A DNA stretch of 63,697 nucleotides, filler included, from Phoronis australis (GCA_002633005.1; 10 parts of 10 records of this genome joined end to end with filler, not necessarily neighbours in it), one strand, 5' to 3'. Shown: positions 1 to 14,100, numbered from the whole stretch's first letter. A program made the numbers and translations. The notes: generated by a model not told the origin, from the sequence alone.

Positions 1-897
1 GTCCCCAAAATGGCTTGAATCTGCCTGAATAGCCGATTACACTCTACCAGGAACGACATTTGTGACGTTGGCAGGTCTTTGATTTGGTCGCGTTTTTCTG
101 TTTTAGCTTTCAATTTTTCGGTATCAAATCTCATATTTGCAAAAAAAAATGCAAACGTTGTTCTTAATACCAGTCAGACCCAGGAAGCCGAAGATGAGTC
201 GACAACGTGACGGAATCCAACCTAGCTTTGAGTATTGTAAGTGCCGGGTAGGTCGAGGGAGTCGTAGCTCGAGGGTGGTTGTAGGTTGTGTGGGTTTTGG
301 ATCGAGGAAGTCGTGGGTCGAGGGTGTGGGGTCGATAGGGCTTAAGAACAATCCGTTTTTCTGATGTGTGAACTAGAAGAAAATATTGTTTTACATGTTT
401 ATGCTGTTAATATTGTATTTTGTTGTTGATGCTGTTGTTTCTGATATCCTTGGTTTTCCTTCCATTGTTTGTGACAACATTTGTGGCTCAAACAATGGCT
501 TTGTCGTTCTTAATTGTCTGGTAGTTGTTGACTGCTCCAAGAGTATCAGTTACAGGCAGAGATGTTGTTGGTGAGAGTTTTCCTTATTTTGTTGCAGCGG
601 ACACAATCTTCAGGATGAGAAGTCCGCAGTATAAACACGGATATAAGGGAATGTGTTTTTATGTTCCAGACACACCATGTATTGCAGTACCGACCAACAC
701 AAGTCATTGGGCGATCAGTCAAAAAGCAAGAAGCATGTCTGAACATGTGTTAATGTGTTAATGAGAACACGGCAGACATGTTTCACATGTATTAGATTCT
801 ACCAAAGTCAGTTAATGATAGCACCGTTATAATGATGAGAGATGATAGCCACACCACAGTCAGCAACTAAGCAGAAACCAATTGGTGTTGAAGTCAC

Positions 898-963
898 CTG
901 GGGGTGCTGCTGTCGTTGGTGGTATAGTCGTAGATGGAGCAGGAGACGTGGCATTTGGGTTTG
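898..963 (-). CDS. Pro/Thr-rich linker exon (ANPNATSPAPSTTIPPTTAAPP), same gene as the sushi exon
   Basis: Acceptor tttttgtag and donor GTGACT; 66 bp, phase 1-1; continues in frame after the phase-1 end of exon 2543-2712. Confidence 0.65.
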
Positions 964-2542
964 CTACAAAAAGGAATTGCTGAAAATTATTGCCTGTTCA
1001 ATGTCAGTTTAAGTAAATGACGAGCAACAATTTAATCTCTAATCGTGGCCCACACCATCAACTGGGCAAACACACCGTGCTGTTGGCTGGCTGTGAAAAT
1101 TCCTTGGCCGTGTAATGCGTCTGACTTGACATCTAGTGCTTAATTCTCATCCCTTTTCTTTAGAATAGCCAAAGAAGCAACGGATGAGAGCTGCATTGAA
1201 AGATGTCCGTGCCATCATAGCACCGTAATCACGATACACATAAGCCGAACGTCTTCAGTTTTACACGACGTACATCCATGAGCTGACCTATAAAACTCGC
1301 TTATGTGACGTCATTTTGATGTTGTGGACTAAGTCAAATAATATTAAAATGCCACAATTAAAAACTAAGATAACAAAAAAAGGCCAGATTTACGTAGCTC
1401 TTTGAGATACTAAGCACTTTGAAATTTGTTACCTGGCTGTGGACTTGATCAATCTCAATCCTTCTGAACTCTCCGGCAGCATACAATGGGAGCAACCGTT
1501 GTCAGACACAAATTAATCCAAACGTATAAATTTAAAAAATTGAAGTGCTAAATTGCCCCCCCCCCGTGGTTACCTGAATCGGAAAATATCAATAAGGGTC
1601 AACATTTTTGAAAGTGTAACGTGACTGTTCATTTCTATTTCAATTTGTGGGTCCATATCGCGTCATCATACTGTTAAATACATGTACGTCATCACGACAC
1701 ATTCGAACTCACAAAACTAAATTTGCAGATGCCAGTGTCATTGGGAAAATCTACGAAGCTGTACATAGTGCCATACACGTAAATATGTGATATCAATGGT
1801 TTAAGGAATGTTTCGAAAATGGGAAATTTCGACTTAATATAATGTTTTCCAATTTTTTCCATTGATGACAAGAGCCAGGAAAATGACACAATATCCATTC
1901 CAAAGCACATCAAAACAGGACGGTGATCACAGCCAACCTCTGACAGCAAATGATTGACTTGGAGACTACCCAACCACCACTTCCACTTAATGTAATACAA
2001 AAAATTTTTTTGGAGAGATTTTATCAGACGTCTGACATTCACTGCCCCCTTGCGGTAAGGTACACTAACATTAGAGGTCTTGTCAATTTTAGCAATTATA
2101 TATATAACCATTCTTGTCACCTTGAAATAGATGATTAGATAAACTGTTGTGCGTTGAAGATCACCTGTGTTTCATTCTCTAAAAAGTACTAAAATCTCAT
2201 CAAAAAGACCTGTGAAATAAACAGCTGGGCTCTGCAAATACAACATGAGTCTAGATACTGTGCCAAGAGTATGTGCGACTCGCATCTGATTGGCCAGAGA
2301 ACCTGTGGCTAACATCTAATTTGCCAGATCAGCCTATAGTTCTCGTCAGATTGGTTAGAGTATTTGTGACACAGTGATAACTGATTAAAATGGCATTATG
2401 AAAAAAGCTACATTTGGACATTTTTTGCGAAAGCTCATGACAGTGGATCTTTTTTGCATATGGCCAACGAATAGCAAACATCAAGAAGTCCACGTAAAGG
2501 CAGTTTCACAGTTTCCCGATACATTCAACGTTAAGTACTCAC

Positions 2543-2712
2543 CAAAACAAATCATTGGCTCCCCTGTCCAGGAGCTGGTACCCGTGGTTGGGTCGTAGGT
2601 ACAAGTCCGTCTCTCGTCACCACTTAATTTTTGTAGGCCCTGCTGACATCTTAGCTCACACGTACTTCCGACACTTCTCCTGCATGATTTGACGAATTCA
2701 GCATTCGTGTAG
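2543..2712 (-). CDS. Sushi/CCP (SCR) domain exon of a secreted or membrane protein
   Basis: gtttag acceptor and GTGAGT donor; translates YTNAEFVKSCRRSVGSTCELRCQQGLQKLSGDERRTCTYDPTTGTSSWTGEPMICF, with the CCP pattern G-S-x-C-x3-C-x2-G...G...R-T-C...W-T-G-x-P-x2-C. Confidence 0.75.
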
Positions 2713-2976
2713 CTAAACAGTATACAGTCGGGTTCTGGAACACATAGACAACGTTCTATTGTAATGCAATTTAAAATTTATGAAATTATAACTAATTCCG
2801 TCATGACTTAAAATTTCAGTGGCAAATCTCATTGTCATAGTGTTAGAAACCACCATTTCAAAGATGTGAAAATAGACTTGAGTGGAATGCGTAATTAAAT
2901 AACAATGGGATCCAGGAAGTATAGAGTCAAATATAAGCCAACTTGTTATTAGCTGTCCCGATGGACAAACACAGTG

Positions 2977-3270
2977 CAGTGGCGGATCTAGGATAACATA
3001 AGGGGGGCCCAACACTTTGTTTCGGGCAATCGCGTAAAGCACGACTGCATGAAATGAAAGAGGGTTGGGAATTCTGAGACTGTGGACTGGACCTCCTTGC
3101 AGCAATGCGCGACTGAAAAAAGAAAAAAAAGGAGACGCTTTCCACACCTTCTTTCGGCCGCTTCGTCATTACCAGGGTTAATTAGTAAACTCAACAATTC
3201 TTCAGGGTCGTGCTGTTTTATTTTTGGTGACAGCCAAAGGGGGGGGGGCGATCCCTCTAAATCCGGCTAT
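2977..3270. mobile_element. GC-tipped MITE (CAGTGGCGGATCTAG...AATCCGGCTAT), related to 35630-35737
   Basis: Imperfect terminal inverted repeats and internal poly-G tracts; no clear TSD. Confidence 0.4.
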
Positions 3271-3599
3271 ATTGTGAACAAGTGTGGATCGATTATCATC
3301 ATCTGTGTTTGGGTGTACAGGCAGGTTCATCTCTGCCAACTTTAAAATATGTTGTGCGGTTGAGACAATAGTGGTTTTCAATCAAGCAGTGATTCTTTTC
3401 TCCACTTGACGAAGACACTTTCCACAATATTACTGCAGGAGTGTGAACCTAATGGTGTTGGACAAGACCGGTGAAGACGTACTTACTTCAATTCCACATC
3501 TCTTGCTTTGGCAGTTCGCACTCCTTTTCATCATCCATAAATGAAGTTTACAACAGAATATTCATATAATTATTTTCCAGGGTTCGTTTATTTCTTTTC

Positions 3600-3891
3600 N
3601 NNNNNNNNNNNNNNNNNNNNNNNNNNNNNNNNNNNNNNNNNNNNNNNNNNNNNNNNNNNNNNNNNNNNNNNNNNNNNNNNNNNNNNNNNNNNNNNNNNNN
3701 NNNNNNNNNNNNNNNNNNNNNNNNNNNNNNNNNNNNNNNNNNNNNNNNNNNNNNNNNNNNNNNNNNNNNNNNNNNNNNNNNNNNNNNNNNNNNNNNNNNN
3801 NNNNNNNNNNNNNNNNNNNNNNNNNNNNNNNNNNNNNNNNNNNNNNNNNNNNNNNNNNNNNNNNNNNNNNNNNNNNNNNNNNNNNNNNNNN
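3600..3891. other. Sized assembly gap (292 N)
   Basis: Run of N without the linker motif. Confidence 0.95.
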
Positions 3892-4935
3892 CTCAGAGGC
3901 GGACCTTTTTGCCCACTTCGCCAAATGGGGGGCTCGTTCGAACCCCCCGAGCCCAACCTCTCCTGCTGTACAATGTTTTGTCTACAGTAGCGTTGGCCTT
4001 GTTGTTGGTTAAATCATGACTAAATGAGCAGCCTGGTCAAGTATTTCTAAACAACAGTCACCTACTACCTCTTACGACAACAGTACACTGCGATCTGTGC
4101 TTTTGCCTTTAGCTACTATAATAGACAATAACATACAGAAGTCTTTAATCTTATACATATCACGTCCATATTCCTATTGATGTGTAGGTCGTACATTTCC
4201 AGTAATGACTTCCGTGAATAATTACTCACTGCACAATGTGGTACGAGGGGGAGACCACAACCCAGTACTACTGCACGTGATCTTCTGCACGTCCTTTGTG
4301 TATCCTGGCTCACATGCAAACTCGCACAAGTCTCCAGGCTTGCGCGAGCAACGATGATCCAAGAAACCTCGCGGTATCCTGTGATGACACCTTTTTGCTA
4401 GATTGTGATTAAATAATGGGGACGAGTTAGACTAAATTGATAACAAGGCTATATCAAACATAATACAAAACTGAAAAAAATCAAACGCGTCACTATTCTT
4501 GCAGGCGATTGATTCGTGAAAAATGACTACACATTGCAGTTTATACTATACTACTAAACCTCTAACCACCACCACAAATCTAGTTTAAATGCTCCAATTT
4601 ATACATGTTCCATATCCACAATCATATAAACATTTATGCAACTGAGGCTTTATGCACGCATACTGGTGGGATTAATTCAATTCTGACTTATTACTATTAG
4701 TGATCACCGGTGCTGACATTTTCCTTCATAAGCAAATTCGTCAGCCCATGTGTACCGGCTAGTGGATGATTAATGCATTGACATTTCTCAGCATCTTTAC
4801 CAATGATCTGTGACCATTACAATAAACTCAGTTCGTCTTTTACACCAGGTTTAGAAATTGGGCCATTAGCGAAAAATAGCCTTCACCTACTTTAACAATT
4901 TTAAACAGTTATTAGATAATGTAATTTTCCAAATT

Positions 4936-5035
4936 NNNNNNNNNNNNNNNNNNNNNNNNNNNNNNNNNNNNNNNNNNNNTTAATTAATTAANNNNNNNNN
5001 NNNNNNNNNNNNNNNNNNNNNNNNNNNNNNNNNNN
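4936..5035. other. Artificial contig-joining linker; also at 8363-8462, 15292-15391, 26015-26114, 29221-29320, 43327-43426, 47422-47521, 57112-57211 and 61960-62059
   Basis: N44-TTAATTAATTAA-N44 repeated identically nine times; the 12-mer puts stop codons in all six frames. Confidence 0.97.
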
Positions 5036-5339
5036 AAGTAACTTAAAAGGCCATAAGGGGTCGCCTCTGGTCACCATACTTGTGTCATAGGTGAAGCCGT
5101 TTTCATGAAGCATATCAAATTGGTTATTCCCCCCAAGAACCAAGAATGGAGATCGCATTCCCCGTATTTCGCTTGGATTGATTCCCGCCCTATCTTGCAG
5201 GATGTCTCGCATTCCAGTAATTTCTGCTTTCCATTGGTCCTTGGTAGCTGATTCCCACCACGTGGTTGGTACCCGATGGGAAATGCTGTGACTAGCTATC
5301 TCCATGTTGCTGTCGAACAACTCTCTCACTTTGGAAAAA
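5036..5339 (-). CDS. Chitin deacetylase-like (CE4 polysaccharide deacetylase) exon, truncated by contig end
   Basis: gttgttgcag acceptor; FSKVRELFDSNMEIASHSISH (metal-binding H-S-x-x-H)...EITGMRDIL...GMRSPFL (R-x-P motif)...GFTYDTSM...LWPF. Confidence 0.9.
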
Positions 5340-7572
5340 CTGCAACAACGAAACAAATGATTCGCCATTTTTTCAGTTCCATACTAAATATTAGTGGCAG
5401 ATTTCGTTTTCTCAGAAACACATGCAAACTTGTTCTTTTTACTTTGTAAATACTAGAACGAGGGTGCTATACGACGTCGTTTTGCCACTTGAACATAAAA
5501 AGGTTGATAACGACTCCAGACAATGGCATCAACGCAATTAGTTTTCCTTTATCATCCTTAAAGAAGTTGAACTTGAGAAATACCCAAAATCGAGGATGGA
5601 TGTTAGAAAGGTTTCAGATTTGCTGTCAACGTTTAAGCCTGCGTTTCCTTCTGCTTCGGTCTCCCGAATCAAAATCGAAATAAAAGTCAGGAAACTTCTA
5701 TGTAAGCCTTCGATACCAACGCACTTGGGAAAAGGGAAGATCACGAAAGTCTATCGCCAAGCACTGCAAGAGAAGTACGTGATCAATCTAGCTTCTCTCC
5801 CGATTACGGAACGGTTCCCATACCTTAAAAATTTGCCAAATAATGATATAACTTCATATTCGTTGCCACGAGGAGCGAGTCGAAAAACATTTTAGAAAAT
5901 TACTGGGCTGGCCAGCTTCAATTACATATTTGCAAATCCTCTTTCAATCTGAATGTTAAATCCAGAGTCATGCAAGGAAAGTTTGAGGGCCATTTTGGTA
6001 AGCCTAATTACATACTAATACATCTTTCAAACGGTAAATAACATTTATAGGTAAACATCAAGGTCCGAGGACTAATCTCCGGACTCAAATTTAAAGTAAT
6101 AAAATTTTCAAATATTGTTTTTTTGTTCTACTTGTGTGCAAACTTGAGATACGTGTCTATGATATACATTGTGTGCTCGAAAATATTTTTTGTGGTTAGA
6201 GTTAGTTCAGATGAGTTTGTAATCCAAGTTTGCTCTAGTTGGTCGCTAAAGTCGAGATACAAAGTCGAATCCGAAATGAAATTTTGAAATTAAAGTGCTT
6301 AACTGGGAATCTACATCCATCCACGCAAACTATCACAGAATAACAGCCACTTACTTCTCAAGTCCGTGTGAAGTGGAAAAACAAAAATAAAAAATGACAT
6401 AAGTTTGAGATCGCAGATTAAACTCCTGGTCCCGTGATCCGATTACTAAAACTTGCACAAGTAGCAGAAGTCTTGAATTTTAACTTAAATTGTTGCCACT
6501 ACCATCGAAAACCCTGTTTACTATCTGTCTGAAGGCGGGATGCTTTATATTGTTGCAAGCAAGCGAATTAATCTTCGAGAAACTAGACGATGATTGTATT
6601 TGCAAGTGTCTTTCGTATTGATCATTTAAGTTACGAGATTCCCTATAAAATGTCCTCCAAGTCCGCCTTAGATAACATCTTATCCCTTTCAAATTAACTG
6701 TCAAATGGTATGTTTTATGCACATTTCTCCAAAACACTTCCAGACAATGCTTTTAAAATAAAACGATATTTGAAAAACTATTGCAACGTTTTTGAGATTT
6801 CATTCCCACACATTCCTAACAAAAGAAACTTGGTCATTTTATTACTACCGTTGTTTTGCAATGTTCGAGTCGTTGGAACCTTCTTTCCTTACAGTCTTCC
6901 TGTACATTCTTTTAGAACACAAGATGAGTTTTGTCAATCGAAATGCGTCGCAAAAATACTATGATGTAAACATTTTATAACTTTCGTTCTTGTTTGGCGG
7001 CAATTGCGTCACTCACTGCAGCTGTCACTCACTATAGCTGTCTCTTTAGGTGGTGGTGCACAGTGCACCCCCAAAGATAAAAATTAAACTTAAAAATTCA
7101 TATCAAATTCAATTAACGTTATGTTGTATGAGCATTATTTGATATGAAATGTCGACTGAACTAACTCGCGTTAAAATATGTTTTATTAAGCTTTTAATTA
7201 AAATGAACCAGGAAGAGTATCTTTAATCACAATGAAAAAGACGTTATCACGTGACCCATTCGATGCCAGATTGGACTAAAATTAATAATTAAATTCTTCT
7301 GGCTTTCTATTTTCATAAAATATATACCTGTACTGTACTAAATTCTAAAGTTTTGTAAATATCTGGCTAAATGCCCAGCCTTTTCGATAAGGTTGCACAT
7401 AACATGCATGTGAAAACGCCACATTACAATAGATTTTGGCGGGAAGTCATTCAGCTAGCGCAAACTGGTATACGCACACCTACATTTTCTTGCAAAGGGG
7501 GAGGGGCCTGGCTGAGTAATTGACCCTAAATTTCAAACCATAAAATCTCCAATCAATTTGCTAATTACTTAC

Positions 7573-7792
7573 ATTGTGTCTTCCTCAATCACATTGTAAG
7601 TTGCTTGTAGAGGACAACCGTTCGGGTTTCTCAGAGAACCACGAAACAGTTCGATCGACCAGTCATAAACTTCGGGTGTTATCGCGTCATCGATTGAGAA
7701 GTATACTAACATCGGTGCGTCATCCCGAGGTATTCCTCCGGGAATCTTTTGCTCAACAGCAGGTGGCGGAGTGGGAACTGTTGTGGTAGGAT
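7573..7792 (-). CDS. Chitin deacetylase-like exon (N-terminal part of the catalytic domain)
   Basis: gtttccag acceptor and GTAAGT donor; DPTTTVPTPPPAVEQKIPGGIPRDDAPMLVYFSIDDAI...RNPNGCPLQATYNV; phase-2 end splices in frame to 5339; absent from the ORF track. Confidence 0.9.
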
Positions 7793-9940
7793 CTGGAAAC
7801 GACCAGAAATACTAAATTGAGATAGGCCTTATTACCGGTCAAGTGATCTCCTCGCCCAAAATAGCCTTAACCACGTCCGGTACAACAAGGCAATACTTTA
7901 AAAATCGGTTGCAATCTACGATCAATTGGTTCCAAAAAATTCTACTGATTCACAACATTGCTAATGACAAAATGAAGACACAATCATATGGCACAACAAA
8001 AAAACTTTTGACAAGCACAGATTCAACATTTTGTCTTTAACACAGTAGCAGACCTTACATCATTTCTAAATTCTTTTAATATTAAGGTATTTACTTCAAC
8101 ATCAAACCCATCTGCGATAGCTTTTTTGTAGTTAGTTTATTTTTTTCGCGGAGGTACATGGAATTTGCCAAGACATACATGAATATCTAAAGAATTCAGA
8201 GAGCAATGTGACTAGAGAAATTGATCACGTTGATGACAATGCAGGCGTGCGTTCAGTAGACGCTAGGACCTACGCTAGGACCTAGCTAAAACCTAGTCAA
8301 AGTCACGTGTTCTCATTTAAAATGCACGGCAATATTTCACGTAATCTCGCGAAGGTCCTAACNNNNNNNNNNNNNNNNNNNNNNNNNNNNNNNNNNNNNN
8401 NNNNNNTTAATTAATTAANNNNNNNNNNNNNNNNNNNNNNNNNNNNNNNNNNNNNNNNNNNNTTCAAATTCTCTGGTCTCCGCCATTGTTCAATGCTAGT
8501 CACTGATCTCTTGTGTTCAACCCATGACGTCACATGGCAGGAAATGTGAAAATTGGCAAAATTGAAAGAAAAATCAAAATTTTGAGCTAATTACACAAAA
8601 TAAACATGGGTTTAGCTAAATTTTACGTCATACATTTAGTCTGTGGCCACCGGTAATTCAAAATGTGCAAAAATCCATGGTGTGTACTGTTTAAATACAT
8701 ACAGAGCAGATCTGCACAGCCCTATCGGGTAAGCATTCACGACACTTCGCAACGCTCTAGACCATGGGTCACAACAATTTACTAGCAAGCTTCTCGATTT
8801 TGTCACCAATTAGTACCCAACGGCTCCGGCATTTGACAAATCGCACTGGAGTGATTGCACATGCGCTACTTTCCACAGGCCATTGAATTTGTCTATTCTG
8901 AGTATCCGGCCACCACAATCACTATATAAACACAAAGTCATGTTTCTTTTATAGTCCGGTCCCTTAGCAGCCAAAAACCCCAAAACATTTACACCCCGGA
9001 TTAAAGCACCAAATTTGGCACACAGGTACTTTGACACACGCTGAATCTCATGGGGGTCGGTTGCCCGAAATTTGAGGCCAAGGTCAAGGTCAAATCAAGG
9101 TCAAAGTTCATAAGGTCAAATTTTTTGAAATGGCTCGACAGGTAATATCAACTTCATTACTGTTTCATATGATTATCAGGAAGCTTTTTTTTAATTCAAA
9201 TTAATGTTGAAAACTTGTACACATAAGTTGAATGCAAAAAAATTAATTTTCAGGATAATTAAGACGGTAATTAACATAATTAATAGAGCATGTATATTTT
9301 CGATGAAAATAAGTCTTTTTTGTTTTCTCCCGCTGAGAAAAACTGTGAAACTGGCATAATTTTACATTAAGTACCCTCCAGCATGATTTATCTTTAAAAG
9401 AAATTCATTTTTAGATGTCTTTGTGAAAATATTTGCGGTTAATTAAGTAACGAATCGTCCGAGATTACAGGAAATCGGACATCTCCCTGCTACATTTCAA
9501 GGAACAACTGTAGAAACTTTTATCATCATTTTTAATTTTATCATAGCTAATGATACTTTTTTCAATCAATGTGTTATTACATTTTTGTTTGAAGTTGATT
9601 GTGACATAAATTAAACCAATTAAAGTAATTAAGGTAATTTAAGGTTTCCAGTAGGACAAAATAACAAAGCAGGTTTTACTTGTTGTATCACAACTCAGAC
9701 AGACTTTATATATCTGATATCACAATAATGTGAAGTCCTAGCTGCACTAAAACTTAAAACAGGTCCAGGCATAATTAATTATGTTGAGGAACACATGTTA
9801 TAAACAAAAGTCTAATTTTAAACTTTGCTTCCATGTAATTGTTTATGTCTAACAACTGAAGCTTAACCCTGCTCATCCAGACAATAGTATTCAAGCACAT
9901 GGTATCATCTCTGAGACTCACAGAATGTTGACCTCCAGTT

Positions 9941-11003
9941 CATTGTTCTTGTTATATTATTTGGAATGAGATTTACTAATTTAGGTAAGTACACTTTTGA
10001 TTAACTATGTAAATTAGTGAATATTCTATTCTGATTTAATTGATTGGATACAATACATTTGGTAGACTTAAGCACATTGGATTTCATGTTTAAATCACTA
10101 CAGTACCCATTCACATACTGTAAGTGGTTTAATAAAACCTAAGAGTCCAATTTTCCGACAGCCCACTATTCTGATAAATAAACCTACAAAAGTTACCCTT
10201 TAATTCCACAGTACCATATTCCAAAGGCCCCGTTGCTTGAGCAAGACGCTACTCCAGATTCACTGACTAGTAAGTGCCTGACAACCCAATGTTCTAAAAC
10301 TTTACCCTTTATCCTGAAAGCAGTTGACATATTAAAACTACATTTTCTGAATAACAGGTCCCAGCCACAATTAATAAGCGTTCTTGCATGGGCAAACTTT
10401 TAGAACTGTTGTCTGTAGAAACTATGAATAAACGTCTGGAACATTGGGCCGTTGGAACAATTTCTTTTCATTGCNCATTGTTCTTGTTATATTATTTGGA
10501 ATGAGATTTACTAATTTAGGTAAGTACACTTTTGATTAACTATGTAAATTAATGAATATTCTATTCTGATTTAATTGATTGGATACAATACTTTTGGTAG
10601 ACTTAAGCACATTTGATTTCATGTTTAAATCACTACAGACCCATTCACATACTGTAAGTGGTTTAATAAAACCTAAGAGTCCAATTTTCCGACAGCCCAC
10701 TATTCTGATAAATAAACCTACAAAAGTTACCCTTTAATTCCACAGTACCATATTCCAAAGGCCCCGTTGCTTGAGCAAGACGCTACCCCAGATTCACTGA
10801 CTAGTAAGTGCCTGACAACCCAATGTTCTAAAACTTTACCCTTTATCCTGAAAGCAGTTGACATATCTACATTTTCTGAATAACAGGTCCCAGCCACAAT
10901 TAATAAGCGTTCTTGCATGGGCAAAATTTTAGAACTGTTGTCTGTAGAAACTATGAATAAACGTCTGGAACATTGGGCCGTTGGAACAATTTCTTTTCAT
11001 TGC
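9941..11003. repeat. Near-identical ~530-bp direct duplication around a single N (10475); probable haplotype or assembly overlap
   Basis: 9941-10474 matches 10476-11003 with a few substitutions and small indels. Confidence 0.85.
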
Positions 11004-11103
11004 TACGTATGAACTATGCAAAATATTTATTTCCCACGTGTTTTTGAAAATGTCCCTTTTCATAAAATAAAATGGCTACAAGTCTTTTCGGTTTCGTTTT
11101 AGA

Positions 11104-14100
11104 ATGGCAAATAACAACGAAGATACTGAGTCAGTTATTGATTGGATGAAATGCTGCATCTGTGGTCATGATGACAGAACTCCACTCAGATGCCCTGCTG
11201 AACGAACGGATGGGGGAAGTTTGGAAAGTTATGCGACATTTCTTCAAAATGTACAAGAGTTCTATGAAATTGATGCTCTTCCAAGCCCAGTGCTTTGCTT
11301 CAGACGATGTAACGTGCAAGATATGCTCCATCATAAAGCAAAATGGCATCAACAATGTCACGTGAAGTTTGCTCATTCAAAACTGGAAAGAACAAGAGAG
11401 AGGGTTATCAAGCGCAAACGCAGCAACGTTGAATGCAGACAGTCAAAACGCCAGTCCCTGGACAAAAAGTCAAATGCATGCATCTTTTGCAACGGGACAA
11501 ACGGTGAACTACACAACTGCTCAACCTTACAGTTAGACTCCAGCCTACGAAAGATGGCAGCAGAGATGAATGATGAAGCCTTGCTTGCAAAGTTGTCTGG
11601 GGGAGACCTTATTGCAATTGAAGCTTGCTATCACAACAAATGCTTAACTGATTTCAAAAATCTATACAGAAGTAAAATCAGAGAAAATGAAGAAAGCGAC
11701 TTCAGTAGAAAACTGAAGCTATCCCAAACTTGCCAAACCCGTGCATTCTCGGAACTTGTATTGCACATTGAAAACAAAGTTGAGGATGGAATTTGCTTGC
11801 ATAAGCTATCTGAACTGCACAGCTTGTATGAACATCGTCTTTCTGTTTTGGGTCTACCTATATCGGTGAACAGGTCAAGGCTGAAATCACAACTGCTTTC
11901 TCATTTTGGCAATGACTGCAAAGAACAAGTTGATGGAAAACATGTATTGCTTGTTTTCAGCAGTGGTCTTCAGAAATTTCTCAAGTCGACACTTCTTGAC
12001 CAGCAAGAAGCCATTACAACACAACACATTGTCTCTAAACATCGGAGACAAATGTTTGAACACCAATCATTCAAGTTTTGCGGCTCTTTTCCAGAAGGAT
12101 GCCAACCATTATCGGTCCCTGAGAGCCTTACTACATTCGTCTCCATGCTTCTTTATGGCAGTAATATAACCGATCCGAGCTTTGAACTCACTCAAGCATG
12201 TCTAACAATTAGCCAACTTATAATGTTCAATGCGAAGCAGTCTACTCCAACATCAAGTTAATCGCGCCACACAAAGTCCCGTGAACCACCACTGCCCCTT
12301 TATGTGGGACTCAACATCCATGCCTCATCCCGAAGCAAGAAACTGATCAATCAGTTTTATGAAATGGGTATTTCTGTTAACTATAAACGTGTGATGGAAG
12401 TACAAGATATGATGACTGCAGCCACATGTCAAAGATACGAAGACGAACAGTCTGTTTGCCCGTCCCAGCTAAGAGAAGGAATTTTCACTGTTGGTGCTAT
12501 TGATAATATAGACCACAACTTGTCTTCAACAACAGCTCAAGGCTCTTTTCATGGCACCAGCATCAGTCTTTTCCAAGTGCCCACCGACCTAAATCCAGGC
12601 ACGATTCGACCATCAACACAGCTTCAAGATTTTCAAGAGAGAGAATTCTCACTTCCAGAAACCTATGGTCGTGTTCCAGAAGCTAGTATGAATACCAGTG
12701 CTGTTAGAATTCCAGAAGTTCCAAATCAGGGTACAGAAAACCACGAGAATTCTCTTATTGATGAGGAGCTTTTAAAAGAGCATAATTGGGTTCACTTGAG
12801 TTCACGGATTCTAACCAAAGATGTCCTGGGTGACGGTGACAACGTTTCTTGGGCTGCTTACCATGCAGATCAGCAGACGGAAGCACCAACTCAGCGAGGA
12901 GTGTCTGCACTTTTGCCTCTTTTTAATGAAAAGGCAGCAACAGTGTCCATGATGAAGCATGCTATGAGCATCATTAAGCAATCAACAGACAAACTGAATC
13001 CGGTGCAAACATCAGTAGTTGCTGTAGACCAACCGCTTTATACTCTCTGCAAGTATATACAATGGAAGTGGCCTGAAACGCACGGGGAAACTTCCATGGT
13101 CATACTGATGGGAGGACTTCATGTTGAAATGGCTTTATGGAGAATGATAGGAGTGATGCTTCAAGATAGTGGCTGGACTTCAGTTCTTACGGAAGCCTCA
13201 GTGGCTACAGCTGGCAGAGTTGATTCGTTTCTCCAAGCTTCGCACTTGACTCGAACAAGATATGCACATCAGGTTACAGCACTGTCTCTAGCAAAGCTCC
13301 AGGAAGAAGCATTTCTTATTTCGGGAAATGAAGGTGCTGCTTTGGATCAACAGTCTTTCTCCGGCTGGAAAAGTGAAAGCTCAACAAGAAGTCCAACATT
13401 TGAATTCTGGAATGTTATCTTACATGTCCAGTTATTGATCTTGATGTTTGTCCGTGCTCATCGCGAATGCAACTTGTCGTTGTACATTGATGTCCTTGAA
13501 TCTCTTGTGCCCTATTTCTTTGCCCTTGACCTTCAAAATTATGCACGATGGGTCCCTGTCCACATCCAAGACATGAGAGCTTTGCCAGCTAATGTACGGC
13601 ATCATCTGGAGAAACACTGGGTGTTTTCGAAGACACGGAAGAGATTCTGTGCTATTCCAATTGACCAGGCCCATGAACAAAATAATGCCTTAGTCAAAGA
13701 CAGTGGTGGAGCTATTGGATTAACTGAAAATCCAAACGCTTTGACAAGGTGGATGGTGTTTGGGCCCGAGCTAGCCAGGTTGCTGACTGAGTTCGAATGT
13801 CAATATGGTTTTGAGGACAATAGTGAGGAGACAAGCCACCATGAAGACAGTCTATCCTTCCAGAACAAGTTTAAGAACCATGTGAACAGTTTGTGTAATG
13901 TAATTTCAGCCAAGGGAAACCCTTTCCTCGACAGGGGTGATGAACTTATGACGATAGATACTCACAGATGTATTGATAGCCCTATAAGTCTTCAGACTAT
14001 CGAATTAATTGGAAAACAACAATATGACAATTATAGGCAAACAGTCCTAATTGAAAAATCCCAAACAATACAGACCCCTATCAAGAAAAACAGGNGTATT

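Noticed and set aside
124-600. Thr-rich mucin-like coding exon on the minus strand
   Set aside because: Thr/Pro-rich text appears in shifting frames with stops; no consistent exon could be defined
4980-4991. Recurrent TTAATTAATTAA as a biological motif
   Set aside because: Always centred in exactly 44+44 N; it is an artificial linker
5596-5895. 99-aa ORF in the deacetylase intron
   Set aside because: No recognisable motif or splice context
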